From: a bacterium
GTDB taxonomy: Bacteria; Patescibacteriota; Saccharimonadia; Saccharimonadales; SZUA-47
Reading direction: 5' to 3'
NCBI GenBank assembly: GCA_030427445.1
Contig: JAUIBQ010000003.1
Coordinates: 1,931-65,930, forward strand
Length of the DNA: 64,000 nt
In this document: positions 20,904 through 30,233 of the stretch, piece by piece
Layout: each line of letters opens with the position of its first letter
Position numbering within the stretch: position 1 is the stretch's first letter
Made by a program: the position numbers and the translations under genes
Notes under the pieces: generated by a model
The model's input: only the letters and a program-made list of their open reading frames with translations
Databases searched by the model: none
What the model was told of the DNA's origin: nothing

Positions 20904-21775
20904 AGCTTTCCGCCCATTTCACGCAGTCTAGCAATTCTCTCTTCAGTTGGTGGATGCGTACTGAAAAGTTTTCCGAAATTTTTTGCGCTCAATGGATTTG
21001 CGAAGAACAAGTGCGCAGAAGCGCTACTTACCTTTTTAACTCGTGGATTACCTGCAGATATTTTCTGCAATGCACTTGCGAGCCCATCTGGGTATCTGGT
21101 CGTCATCGCACCAGTTGCATCAGCTAAAAATTCTCGTTGGCGCGACACCGCTGCTTGGATAACACTTGCTATCAACGGAGCCAAGATAGCAGCAGCTATA
21201 CCCAAGAAGGCAAACAGTCCTGAGCGATTATCGTTGTCGCGGCTTGAAAATAGCGTAGAGCGGATAAAAATATCTGAAAGTAGCGACACAGCAATGACCA
21301 GGCCAAATACCACCATACTCACTCGTATATCATAGTTTTTGACATGTCCGAGCTCGTGCGCCATAACGCCTTCAAGTTCGTTTTTATCAAGTGTATCGAG
21401 CAAACCTTGAGTTATCGCAACATGTGCGTGATTCGGATCACGACCAGTTGCAAATGCATTTAGTGCAGTGTCATTGATGACATACACTTTTGGCATCGGT
21501 AAACCCATGGTAATTGATAGATTTTCAACCACCCTCCAGAGAGTTGGGTTATCAGATTTCTGAATTTCTTTCGCACCACTAAAACCCAGTGCTGCTTTTG
21601 CTGCACCAAAATAGCTAAACAAAGCATAGACTACTGAGCCGATTAATGCTCCGATCGTGATCGACCAGTTGTCCCAGTAGAGTCCAGCGACATATGACAA
21701 CGCACCTATCAACAGCAAAAACGATACTAACAAAAGTATCGTTTTACGCTTGTTCTGAGCTATTGCTGAGTACAC
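20900..21775 (-). CDS. htpX: Zinc metalloprotease HtpX (peptidase M48)
   Basis: 291-aa ORF with an HELGHV zinc motif flanked by TM helices. It has the usual LemA neighbour. Confidence 0.85.
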
Positions 21776-21788
21776 GTTTTTAAGTCCC

Positions 21789-22349
21789 TTAAAACTTAAC
21801 GTCGACTGGCTTTTCAGCTACTGCTTGCTCAGCTTCATCAAGCTCGAAGAACTCTCGTGACTTAAAGCCAAGCATGCCCGCAAAGATGACGGTAGGAAAT
21901 ACCTGAAGCTTTGTGTTAAATTCACGAACTGCAGCATTGTAAAATCGTCGTGCTGCTTGAATCTTGTCTTCAGTGTCTACAAGCTCAGCTTGCAACTCTT
22001 TAAAGTTCTCATTTGCTTTGAGCTCTGGGTAAGCCTCCGCGACTGCGAAAAGACTTTTTAAAGCCCCACTTAGCATGTTGTCAGCTTCAGCTGTCTCTTG
22101 TACGCCTGAAGCATTTGCCATCGCTGCACGTGCCTTAGTAACTTCTTCAAAAGTACCTTTTTCGTGTTTTGCATATCCTTTAACTGTTTCAACCAAGTTC
22201 GGTATAAGATCGATTCTTCTTTTAAGTTGAACAGTAATGTCGCTCCACGCTTCATCTACACGGATTTTTGCTTTAACAAGTCCGTTATACACGGCTATAA
22301 AGAAGATTGCGAGTACCGCAACCAATCCTAAGATTACATACAATATCAT
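21789..22349 (-). CDS. lemA: LemA family protein
   Basis: 186-aa ORF with an N-terminal TM helix, then YNGLV...[19 protein letters not shown]...RRFYN. This is LemA-like. Confidence 0.8.
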   Translation of the reverse strand: MILYVILGLVAVLAIFFIAVYNGLVKAKIRVDEAWSDITVQLKRRIDLIPNLVETVKGYAKHEKGTFEEVTKARAAMANASGVQETAEADNMLSGALKSLFAVAEAYPELKANENFKELQAELVDTEDKIQAARRFYNAAVREFNTKLQVFPTVIFAGMLGFKSREFFELDEAEQAVAEKPVDVKF

Positions 22350-22444
22350 TTATATTCCTCCTCTAACTTATAGTTTAAGTATAGCAAAAGTATCCCCTCA
22401 CTTACACTATTTTTACAACAAAAACCATGGTCTCTTATCGGCAA

Positions 22445-23548
22445 CTAAATGTCGAAATGGCCGAGTGATTGAGCTAAATGCACCTTACCAACCTCGATTT
22501 TATCTTTCATAAAGTCAGTCTTTTCCCATGAGTAACGCCGTATACGTAGAGTCATCTTAGATAGGACATAGCGTAATCGAAGCAATTCGAATCTTTCATC
22601 AAAATGTTCTGGCTTATCCGCAATCTGCCAGTAGCCGTCAAGGAAACCTTTTAATCTTTGTGGGTCAAAGAATGTGCTCCAGCACGCAATATCACTAACA
22701 GGATCGCCACCAACACACTCATCCCAGTCTATAATCCCAGTAACATCATCGCCATCTGTTAGCAGGTTCCAATCTGCGAAGTCATTATGCACTAATATAG
22801 CTTGCTGTACGTCCAATAGAGAATTGCCCGAACCATACAAAGTTGTAACAGATTGTGCTTGCTCGGCGGTAAGTACACCTTCTTTTGTTAAGACTTCAAG
22901 ATTAAAGGGCAAGCCAGCCCGAACTGCATCGCCGAATGTCTGATGTAATCCAACTAGTTCGCCAAGTTTAGCCCTTTCATTATTAAAAGGACCGAATCCA
23001 TCAACTTGTACTTGGTGTAGTCGAGCCATCATTTTACCAATTTGTGGTAACAACTTAGCTTCATCATCAGGATGTAGCTCTAACCATTTCTTAATGGCTG
23101 TGCCAGATAACTTTTCGATAACTTGAAATGCAAAATCATCTCCACCCTCGTAATCGTGGACTGCTAAAGTGTCATAACTGGGTAGACCAGCCTCTATTGC
23201 TTTATTTGCAGCTACTGACTCAGAATGAAAATAACCATTCTTTAAACCTTTAGGATGACAACGAATGATTACTTCTTTACCCGATACAAGTTCGCCTACT
23301 CTAACCGAATTTACATTTCCTAGATTAGTTTGAGCTTCTAGGTCCAAAGGTTCAACTCTAGCCAGCTTATCTTCTCTGATTACACCGTTCACAGCAACTA
23401 CAAGTTCTTCATCTGTAAAATAACGATGTCTGTCAGCCCATATATGACCAGCTTGTTCTGGGTCAACTGCACGGTCTGTCTGCCAATAAAAAATATCTTG
23501 TCTATCAGCTATGCCAACGTTGATTTTATCCATGTCAGGTCTAGTCAT
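22445..23548 (-). CDS. Phosphotransferase family protein (APH/kinase-like fold)
   Basis: 367-aa ORF with LVHNDFADWNLL (catalytic loop) and IIDWDE (metal binding). Confidence 0.6.
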   Translation of the reverse strand: MTRPDMDKINVGIADRQDIFYWQTDRAVDPEQAGHIWADRHRYFTDEELVVAVNGVIREDKLARVEPLDLEAQTNLGNVNSVRVGELVSGKEVIIRCHPKGLKNGYFHSESVAANKAIEAGLPSYDTLAVHDYEGGDDFAFQVIEKLSGTAIKKWLELHPDDEAKLLPQIGKMMARLHQVQVDGFGPFNNERAKLGELVGLHQTFGDAVRAGLPFNLEVLTKEGVLTAEQAQSVTTLYGSGNSLLDVQQAILVHNDFADWNLLTDGDDVTGIIDWDECVGGDPVSDIACWSTFFDPQRLKGFLDGYWQIADKPEHFDERFELLRLRYVLSKMTLRIRRYSWEKTDFMKDKIEVGKVHLAQSLGHFDI

Positions 23549-23600
23549 TGGTTGCTCATCATGAATCTTTGATAGTTTAATAACTATATAAATTACTTAT

Positions 23601-23686
23601 TGGTGCGGATGAGAGGACTTGAACCTCCACGAGAAAATCTCACTACGACCTCAACGTAGCCTGTCTACCAGTTCCAGCACATCCGC
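23601..23686 (-). tRNA. tRNA-Leu (anticodon GAG), long variable arm
   Basis: The reverse complement reads GCGGATG...CTACG-TTGAGGT-CGTAG, then a long variable arm, then GGAGG-TTCAAGT-CCTCT-CATCCGC-A-CCA. Confidence 0.9.
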
Positions 23687-23747
23687 ATGGAATTGAAAGT
23701 CGAAGAGTATTATAGCAACTAAACTCTTCTCATTCCAGTGATTACTA

Positions 23748-23776
23748 TTGATTAAATTCTTTTTCTAGGGTAGAAT
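23748..23776 (+). promoter_or_regulatory. Candidate promoter for tRNA-Val
   Basis: TTGATT (23748-23753), a 17-nt spacer, then TAGAAT (23771-23776). It ends 15 nt upstream of the tRNA 5' end. Confidence 0.45.
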
Positions 23777-23791
23777 TACTTGAGTAAAAAT

Positions 23792-23868
23792 GGGTGATTA
23801 GCTCAGTTGGCTAGAGCATCTCGTTTACACCGAGAGGGTCGGGGGTTCAAGTCCCTCATCACCCACCA
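23792..23868 (+). tRNA. tRNA-Val (anticodon TAC)
   Basis: Acceptor GGGTGAT/ATCACCC, D arm GCTC/GAGC, anticodon arm TCTCG-TTTACAC-CGAGA, T arm GGGGG-TTCAAGT-CCCTC, encoded CCA. Confidence 0.9.
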
Positions 23869-23876
23869 AATAAAAC

Positions 23877-23902
23877 AGTCGATCTAAAAGGTCGACTTTT
23901 TT
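23877..23902 (+). terminator. Rho-independent terminator after tRNA-Val
   Basis: AGTCGA-TCTAAAAGG-TCGACT hairpin followed by a T6 run. Confidence 0.7.
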
Positions 23903-23932
23903 AATTGTGACAAGAGGGGCTTGAATCCGTGA

Positions 23933-24028
23933 GGGGGATGAGTGCCAGAGAGGCACTCTGAGTAGGAGCGTCACTTGGAAACTCGTTTTCTAAGCCAGCG
24001 ACGATGCCAAGTCCCTCATCACCCACCA
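23933..24028 (+). pseudogene. Degenerate tRNA-Val duplicate (pseudo-tRNA or tRNA-like RNA)
   Basis: The 3' 21 nt CAAGTCCCTCATCACCCACCA (24008-24028) are identical to 23848-23868 of tRNA-Val. The 5' GGGGGATGAG resembles GGGTGATTAG, and GCGTCACTTGG..CTCGTTT resembles GCTCAGTTGG..CTCGTTT of the intact gene. No T arm or anticodon arm can be folded. Confidence 0.55.
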
Positions 24029-24036
24029 GATAAATA

Positions 24037-24066
24037 ACCGGTCTTCATAAAAGAGACCGGTTTTTT
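24037..24066. terminator. Strong, possibly bidirectional, rho-independent terminator
   Basis: ACCGGTCT-loop-AGACCGGT is a perfect 8-bp stem. It is followed by T6 on the plus strand and by a TTATTTAT-rich stretch on the minus strand. Confidence 0.75.
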
Positions 24067-24111
24067 AAATGGTGTGAAAATATAAGAAGTTAAAAGTGCA
24101 AATGGCGTGGA
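24065..24111 (-). repeat. Conserved stop-codon-proximal element, copy 1 (47 nt)
   Basis: The 24-mer AGTTAAAAGTGCAAATGGCGTGGA (24088-24111) is identical to 51055-51078. The flanking TTAAATGGTG and TGAAA..TAAG.AG are also shared. The element ends 2 nt before the stop codon of the minus-strand gene 24114-24548. Confidence 0.7.
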
Positions 24112-24113
24112 TT

Positions 24114-24548
24114 TTATTGCCAAACTGCTAAAATTGCACCCATCACTGAAAGGGCAAAAATATCACCACCAAGCACAATCAACCAGTATTTCAATGACCG
24201 TTGCTCGAACTGCGACATCATGAGCTTATTCATGCCCAATAACCCGACCGCGACCATAGCGCCAAACAATGCTCCTTGGTATAGTTCATCAAGAACTAGA
24301 ACTTTGACAAGCAACCCCATGGCGACTGCAGTTACAAGTGTTGACAGAAACGACAAGCCCATGACCTTGCCCATGCCGTCTTTTGAGCCTTCATCCATCT
24401 TCTTTTTACTGAAGCCTATTTCTTTGCCCCATTGGTATGCCAAAACTGGCTTGCTATACCAAATAGCCCCACTCACAAATGCCGCAATTGCAGCTATAAG
24501 AACTGCTAAAACATTCAGCTCCCCTAAGTAATCTATAAATACTTGCAT
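24114..24548 (-). CDS. DUF1761-like small membrane protein
   Basis: 144-aa ORF with 4 hydrophobic helices. The N-terminal SGAIWYSKPVLAYQWGKEIG resembles the DUF1761 signature (recalled from memory). Confidence 0.55.
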   Translation of the reverse strand: MQVFIDYLGELNVLAVLIAAIAAFVSGAIWYSKPVLAYQWGKEIGFSKKKMDEGSKDGMGKVMGLSFLSTLVTAVAMGLLVKVLVLDELYQGALFGAMVAVGLLGMNKLMMSQFEQRSLKYWLIVLGGDIFALSVMGAILAVWQ

Positions 24549-24621
24549 AAACTCTTCCTTTTCTTACTGCCTATGTTAAGCAAGAGTATACTGCACATCC
24601 ACTTTTGTATCTACTAAAAAG

Positions 24622-26256
24622 CTATTTTCCTCTGGGGAAGAATGAGTGTTGATCAATAATCGTATAGTGTTCTCGTAGTAACGGTTTAAGCGTATCTTGG
24701 TGAGTTTGCTGCATGACACCAGGGTTTAACATTGAATAAGGGTCGAATACCTTTTTGATTTTTTTCATTAAAGCTAGCTGCTCTTCACTCATAAATTTCG
24801 GCAATTGTGCATTGAGCAGACGACCACTCTTAACCGCACCCGCTATAGTTCCGCGATATTCAGCAACCAAAGAATAATATGCATCAATTAGTTTGAACAC
24901 TTTTTGCCTATCTCCGAGCTGAGAAACGTTAAACAACGGCACAGCATGCACAACTCCAAGCCCCGCTTGGCCATATAGTATCGCAGGACGACCCGTCACG
25001 GTCGCGATCAAATCTTTTGCTTTTAATAGGAAATCAGATAGAGCTCCTACAGGGATGGTCGCTCCTGGGATTACTGGCAATGGCCGCAAATCATTCTCGC
25101 TATGCGCTAAAAATAATCCTGCGAGATGACTAGCAGCCTGCCATTGTTCAAAGTTTTCGTCATCTGTTATCACTACATCATCTGTTAATTTCTCTAAGAT
25201 TTTGTGCATCTTTTTAACATCACGTTTACCCATATTGTCACCTTCGTTATAGGTGATGAACAACGTGATTGCTGGCGTACTGTTTCCAAATGTACTCTTC
25301 AAAACACTTGGATTCGTTTTCTTTGCATAGTCGACAACACTTTCGTCTAAGAAGTCTACGCTCAAAGGAGTCTTCTTTAATGAGTTAATTTCATCGACAG
25401 CTGCAAAAGCATGTGATGCATCATCGAAAAATGCCACAACCATTTCGCGCTTTGGGTCATGCTGACGTGCAAGTAATGTAGCCTCAGTGACCAGACCAAG
25501 CGTACCTTGAGCACCAACAAATAAAGGCGTTAAATCAAATGAGCCATCAGATAATTTAACTTCTGCTATAGAATAACCAGCGAACCCATTTTCAGATGAG
25601 CGGATAGATTCTATAAGATCACTGTTCTCTTCTATTAAGCTATCTAATGATCGATATACTTCACCTTCAAATGAAGCTAGACCAAGCTTTTTGTTCAGCT
25701 CACGCTTGCTTAACCGACCAGTTTCGATAATCTCACCATTCGCTAAAACAACACGCAACTTATGAGTAAGCTCACTGATAGGGCCATACGCATACGCCTC
25801 ACCGACTAAATCATTGTTTCCGATAATTCCTCCTACTGTCACGCGCTCGTCGTCGACAGGAAAACTAGGGATATAGCGACCGTGAGTGTACAAGGTTTGC
25901 TGCAACTTACCAGCATTTGCGCCAACCTGAACAGTTACATCACCAGATTTCGGGTCAAGCTGGATGATTTTATTCATGTGTGCCGTTGTTGACAAAACAA
26001 TACCGTCTCCTAACGAAGCACCGGTTTGGTCACGGCCTTTTCCACGAATTGTGATTGGTATGATTTTCCCGCGTTCTGCAAGCTGCCAGCTAAAACGAGC
26101 CGTTTTACGTATGTCTTGTTCGTTCCTCGGGTGCGCGACCAATATAGGCTTAACACTAAGGATGCTTTCATCTGTCGAGAAATGCTCTAGGACATCAGGG
26201 CTAGTTAGTATTTCTCCAGTTAAATGTTGCTGTAAATAATGTGCAACTTTGTTCAT
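24622..26256 (-). CDS. FAD-linked oxidase (GlcD / D-lactate dehydrogenase-like)
   Basis: 544-aa ORF with an N-terminal FAD_binding_4-like region (VAHPRNEQDI...IRGKGRDQTGASL) and a C-terminal FAD-oxidase_C-like region. Confidence 0.65.
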   Translation of the reverse strand: MNKVAHYLQQHLTGEILTSPDVLEHFSTDESILSVKPILVAHPRNEQDIRKTARFSWQLAERGKIIPITIRGKGRDQTGASLGDGIVLSTTAHMNKIIQLDPKSGDVTVQVGANAGKLQQTLYTHGRYIPSFPVDDERVTVGGIIGNNDLVGEAYAYGPISELTHKLRVVLANGEIIETGRLSKRELNKKLGLASFEGEVYRSLDSLIEENSDLIESIRSSENGFAGYSIAEVKLSDGSFDLTPLFVGAQGTLGLVTEATLLARQHDPKREMVVAFFDDASHAFAAVDEINSLKKTPLSVDFLDESVVDYAKKTNPSVLKSTFGNSTPAITLFITYNEGDNMGKRDVKKMHKILEKLTDDVVITDDENFEQWQAASHLAGLFLAHSENDLRPLPVIPGATIPVGALSDFLLKAKDLIATVTGRPAILYGQAGLGVVHAVPLFNVSQLGDRQKVFKLIDAYYSLVAEYRGTIAGAVKSGRLLNAQLPKFMSEEQLALMKKIKKVFDPYSMLNPGVMQQTHQDTLKPLLREHYTIIDQHSFFPRGK

Positions 26257-26433
26257 CCCGTTAGAAATCTCCTAGTACTTTTTGTAACATATTTTTCATA
26301 ATAATGATTATATTCTAAAACCTGTCAATTATCTCTTTTCTTACGGGATTTACGTTTTTTACTCCCCTATTACTTCGAGATTATTTTCTATAGTGTAGCA
26401 TAAGCACGTTCACTTTACACCTATAGCAGCCAG

Positions 26434-28344
26434 TTATTCAACTAGTTTTGGCACTTTGTCATTTCTTACTTTCCATTGAGATACAGAGCGATATCGATCA
26501 CTACTAGAACGCATAGGTGAGTTATCAAAGTCAGTAAATGTCCCTCGAACGACCATCGTAAACCGTGGTTGATAGATGCCAAAAGCTGGTGCTTCGTCAC
26601 GCCACGCTTGAAGGAATGGCTCGTATTTTACTTTTCTGAGCTCAATGTCGTTTCGTGTTCGTCCAGCTTCGAGTGCTTCATCAGCATCATCGTTACTGAA
26701 TTCCGAAAGATTCAGTCCGCTTCCTGTTGTTGAATCGACTTGAGAACTATGCCAGTACGCGAACACGTCCGGATCGTAGCCGATAGAAATCCCGTAGAGC
26801 AACACATCATAATCATGCCGTGCTATTGCACCTGATTGTATATCAGATTCACTTTGCAAGAAGACATTAACATTAACGCCAACCTCACTCCAATCTTCTT
26901 GGATTTGACCTATTACGTCTGAATACTCACCCAGTGACTGTGAGAACAACCGAACTGTCAACTCAACTCCATCTTTTTCACGTATACCGCGCTCGTTTTC
27001 TATCCATCCAGCACCTTCCAGAGCTGCCTTAGCAGCCTCTTGATCATAGGTAAGCTGAACTAAGTCAGGGTCGTATGTATCTTGACTACGTAAAAACGGA
27101 CTATTAACAGGCAATGTGTCAAACCCAAGCGCTTCTCGTGCCTTAGCAACATCTACCGCTTGCACAAGAGCTCTCCGAACCTCTTTAGATGAGAGTTGAG
27201 GAGTTGAGTTGTTAAAAAATGCCATCACTGAGCTAGTCAGTGGTGCCGTGACTACAGAAACATCATCTTCAGCGATAATATCCTCTCGTATTGAATCTAA
27301 ACCGACCATAGACTGAATCGTATCTGCCTTAAATGCATCTATCATCAAGTCTTCATTACGATACGTTCTAATTATCACACTGTCGACCATCGGTTTATCA
27401 GAAAAGTACAAATCATTGCGCTGTAGCACAATTCGCTCACTTCGCTTCTCCACATCATTCGTGTTACTCACTGCGACATTTCCAAATATGAACTCACCAG
27501 TACCTACAGGGCTGGAAGTATTAAATTCTGTACTTCTTAACTCTTGAGGATCAAAATCAGCTAACACATGCTCGGGGACAACCCCGTTTGTGAGCGAGTA
27601 GTGAAACGCGCTATAGATATTTGGTAGCTGGAAACGAACAGTATAGTCGTCTATCTTAGAGACTTTAACCGATCGCCAACTATTATAAAGTGGTGAACGC
27701 GCATCAGGATTCTGGATAGTTCTATAGGTAAATATCACGTCATCTGCAGTAAACGGCTCTCCGTCATGCCATTGAACATCACGTCGCAAATCCACTGTGT
27801 AGATTTTTTGAGTTGAATCAATCGTATATTTTGTTGCTAATCTTGGTTGAAGTGACCCATCGCCGTTAGTCACAAATAAACTCGCATACAGTAACCTTGA
27901 AACAGCAGCATCCACTCCGCTAGTAGCATATAGAGGATTTGAGTTCGTAAAGCTGCCAATCATACCTTCACGATACACTCCTCCGCCGACAGCAGCTGTT
28001 TTTAGGTAGTATTGATCAAGAGAAGAAACCTGCCACCACGCTCCTGCGATAAGCAAGCCAACTAAAATAACCCAGCTCATTACGAATCGCCGCACTTTAT
28101 AGAGTCTGTTTAGCCGCTTAAGAAAATGTACATCGACTGACTGGTCCATTTGTTCACGCGCTTTATCAGCACTTTTTTTCTGACGACGAACGATGCTTCT
28201 AATTTTACGCTTTGTTTTTGCTACTTTTTTCACAGACGTGACTTGTTGAGCAGTGGTAATTTGTGACTGAGGTTTCTTTTCAACAGGAGATACATCTCTT
28301 TTTTGAGCTTGTACACTACGTTTCTTTCTTGGTTGAAAATCCAT
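26434..28344 (-). CDS. ABC-transporter family-5 (peptide/nickel type) substrate-binding protein, membrane-anchored
   Basis: 636-aa ORF. A long basic N-tail and one TM helix are followed by an SBP_bac_5-like body (LATKYTIDSTQKIYTVDLRRDVQWHDGEPFTADDV). Confidence 0.7.
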   Translation of the reverse strand: MDFQPRKKRSVQAQKRDVSPVEKKPQSQITTAQQVTSVKKVAKTKRKIRSIVRRQKKSADKAREQMDQSVDVHFLKRLNRLYKVRRFVMSWVILVGLLIAGAWWQVSSLDQYYLKTAAVGGGVYREGMIGSFTNSNPLYATSGVDAAVSRLLYASLFVTNGDGSLQPRLATKYTIDSTQKIYTVDLRRDVQWHDGEPFTADDVIFTYRTIQNPDARSPLYNSWRSVKVSKIDDYTVRFQLPNIYSAFHYSLTNGVVPEHVLADFDPQELRSTEFNTSSPVGTGEFIFGNVAVSNTNDVEKRSERIVLQRNDLYFSDKPMVDSVIIRTYRNEDLMIDAFKADTIQSMVGLDSIREDIIAEDDVSVVTAPLTSSVMAFFNNSTPQLSSKEVRRALVQAVDVAKAREALGFDTLPVNSPFLRSQDTYDPDLVQLTYDQEAAKAALEGAGWIENERGIREKDGVELTVRLFSQSLGEYSDVIGQIQEDWSEVGVNVNVFLQSESDIQSGAIARHDYDVLLYGISIGYDPDVFAYWHSSQVDSTTGSGLNLSEFSNDDADEALEAGRTRNDIELRKVKYEPFLQAWRDEAPAFGIYQPRFTMVVRGTFTDFDNSPMRSSSDRYRSVSQWKVRNDKVPKLVE

Positions 28345-28387
28345 GTTGATTTTTTACTCTACACCCCACTATTAAGTCATCATTCGA

Positions 28388-28609
28388 CTAGGCGAAGATT
28401 AGCTGCAGCAATATTGATAACGCAAATACTGTAGCTGAGATAATCGTAAGGTTAAAAATAGTTTTGTCAGAACCTCGACGCGTCATGTTCATTTCTGAAC
28501 TTCCAGTTCCTCCAAGGCCAGCTCCAAGGCCAGCTCCACGTACTTGCACCAAGATTAATATCGTCATAATAACGACGCTGACGATTGTGATTATATTCCA
28601 AATACTCAT
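28388..28609 (-). CDS. secG: Preprotein translocase subunit SecG
   Basis: 73-aa ORF with two TM helices flanking a Gly-rich loop (RGAGLGAGLGGTGSS). SecG-like size and topology. Confidence 0.7.
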   Translation of the reverse strand: MSIWNIITIVSVVIMTILILVQVRGAGLGAGLGGTGSSEMNMTRRGSDKTIFNLTIISATVFALSILLQLIFA

Positions 28610-28618
28610 GTATTCCCC

Positions 28619-28984
28619 TTATTCAGTTTCAAAAATACTCGTTACTACCCATTGTACCAAGCCAACGACTAAACCGGTAATTAAAGCAACTCCGAAACCT
28701 TCAACTTCAAGTGGACCGTATAAACGTGCAGCAAGCAACACCATAAGCGCATTAATGACTACCATAAAAATACCAACGGTTATCAAAACTGCTGGTAAAG
28801 TAAGAAAAACTACCAACGGCCTAATGAATGTATTAACCAAAGCTAAAAATAGACCAGCGAACACTACAGCGCTAAAACGACCTTCAAAGCTAATACTGTC
28901 GCTACCGAGTAGCTCAGAAGCGATCCACAATCCAACGCTTGACACAGCCCAACGTGTGGCAAATTTTGCTATTAGTTTTTTCAT
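28619..28984 (-). CDS. Phage-holin-4-like / YvlD family membrane protein
   Basis: 121-aa ORF with 4 TM helices. The pattern RWAVSSVGLWIASELL...LALVNTFIRPLVVFLTLP resembles the PF04020 family (from memory). Confidence 0.5.
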   Translation of the reverse strand: MKKLIAKFATRWAVSSVGLWIASELLGSDSISFEGRFSAVVFAGLFLALVNTFIRPLVVFLTLPAVLITVGIFMVVINALMVLLAARLYGPLEVEGFGVALITGLVVGLVQWVVTSIFETE

Positions 28985-28997
28985 AATCTGGTGTTTA

Positions 28998-30194
28998 TTA
29001 TAACAGTTTTGGGATTGATTCGGAGAGGTTTTTTATGCCGTTCTTTGTTATCACCACATTATCTTCAATCCTAATTCCAATTCCTTCATCTGGTAAGTAG
29101 ATCCCTGGTTCTACTGTGAGTACTGAATTCTCTACAAGCGGCTCGTCGTACAACCCTGCGTCGTGAACGTCGAGCCCGAGAAAATGGGAAAATCCATGAG
29201 GATAGCGGTCAATATTCACACCCAATTTTTTAAAGATTCGTTTCGCTTCATTCTCAGTTTTTTCCTGATAGTCTCGCAACTTAATTCCTGGCTTTAACTG
29301 GTTCATCGCAAAATCTTGCAGCTCTAAAACTGCCTTGTATAGGTCCTGTTGTCGCTGAGTAGGCTTCCCTATGGTCCAAGTTCGTGAAATATCAGCTGCA
29401 TAGCCATTGACCTTCGCTCCAACGTCGAGTAACAAGAGCTCATCGCCTATCAGCGCTTCAGAGTTACTGTTATAGTGAATGATACTCGCATTTTTTCCAC
29501 CAGCTATTATCGGCTCATATGCATGACCTTGACTATTACGACTGAAAAATCCTGCAGTGATTGCATTTTCTACTTCTTTTTCATTATTAAAATCGCCCAA
29601 CTTTGCTTTAACTTCTTCCAACGTATCAGCCGTGATGTCGATCGCTCGTTGGATCGCTTGTATTTCGACGTTTTGCTTCACTTGGCGAAGTCGCCCAAGT
29701 TCTTTTCTGACATCAATAATCTCGTCAGGGCTTGATACAAGTTCTCGTAACTTTGCCTCGAGCATTTTTCTAGCAGGATTTGCGTAAAACCCGTACGGCT
29801 CAACTCGCTCTGGAAGCGGGGCGAGATGACAAATAGCAAGATTCTTTTTCTCAGCTTCTTTAACAAAATTCGAAAGCTCACTTACGGCTCCATATGTACC
29901 GATACCGCTTATTTTTTTAAAATCAGCGTGGCTCTGTGCACCATCCCATTCTTTTTGGTACTCATTTTGCTCCGGCAACAAAAGTGTCGAGCTATTTTTA
30001 CTCGTATCGATTATCAATATCGCGTCTGGCGCGTTTAGACCCGTGAGATACCAAAAGTTACTGTCTTGTCGAAACTTGTACGGCAGATCGGCTGATTCTT
30101 GAAGTGACACATGCGCTGGTATACAAATCAAAGAGTTTGGGAGCAACGCTGCCAATCTCTCACGATTATTTTTAAAAAAGTTTGAATTAAACAT
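28998..30194 (-). CDS. Xaa-Pro aminopeptidase (peptidase M24B)
   Basis: 398-aa ORF with LLDVGAKVNGYAADISRT, HGFSHFLGLDVHD, VLTVEPGIY and GIRIEDNVVIT metal-ligand motifs. Confidence 0.8.
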   Translation of the reverse strand: MFNSNFFKNNRERLAALLPNSLICIPAHVSLQESADLPYKFRQDSNFWYLTGLNAPDAILIIDTSKNSSTLLLPEQNEYQKEWDGAQSHADFKKISGIGTYGAVSELSNFVKEAEKKNLAICHLAPLPERVEPYGFYANPARKMLEAKLRELVSSPDEIIDVRKELGRLRQVKQNVEIQAIQRAIDITADTLEEVKAKLGDFNNEKEVENAITAGFFSRNSQGHAYEPIIAGGKNASIIHYNSNSEALIGDELLLLDVGAKVNGYAADISRTWTIGKPTQRQQDLYKAVLELQDFAMNQLKPGIKLRDYQEKTENEAKRIFKKLGVNIDRYPHGFSHFLGLDVHDAGLYDEPLVENSVLTVEPGIYLPDEGIGIRIEDNVVITKNGIKNLSESIPKLL

Positions 30195-30233
30195 TGCTCC
30201 ACATTATAAACGAAGTGAATGTTGCTTTAAGTT

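Noticed and set aside
23933-24028. tmRNA, tRNA-Sec or an intron-containing tRNA as an explanation for the tRNA-like unit.
   Set aside because: There is no tag reading frame and no tmRNA-type 5' end pairing. There is no TCA anticodon loop, and no foldable T arm or anticodon arm. The piecewise similarity to tRNA-Val fits decay of a duplicate better.
26388-26426. Inverted repeat CTATAGTGTA-N18-TACACCTATAG just after the substrate-binding protein stop. Its arms vaguely resemble NrtR half-sites.
   Set aside because: The spacing (18-19 nt) is incompatible with the N7 boxes. One arm has a bulge and there is no U-tract. It is most simply a transcript-end stabilising hairpin, with no evidence for more.
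28512-28535. Tandem 12-nt repeat CCAAGGCCAGCT x2.
   Set aside because: It lies inside secG and simply encodes the Gly-rich loop (GAGLGAGLG) on the minus strand. It is not a CRISPR or a regulatory repeat.
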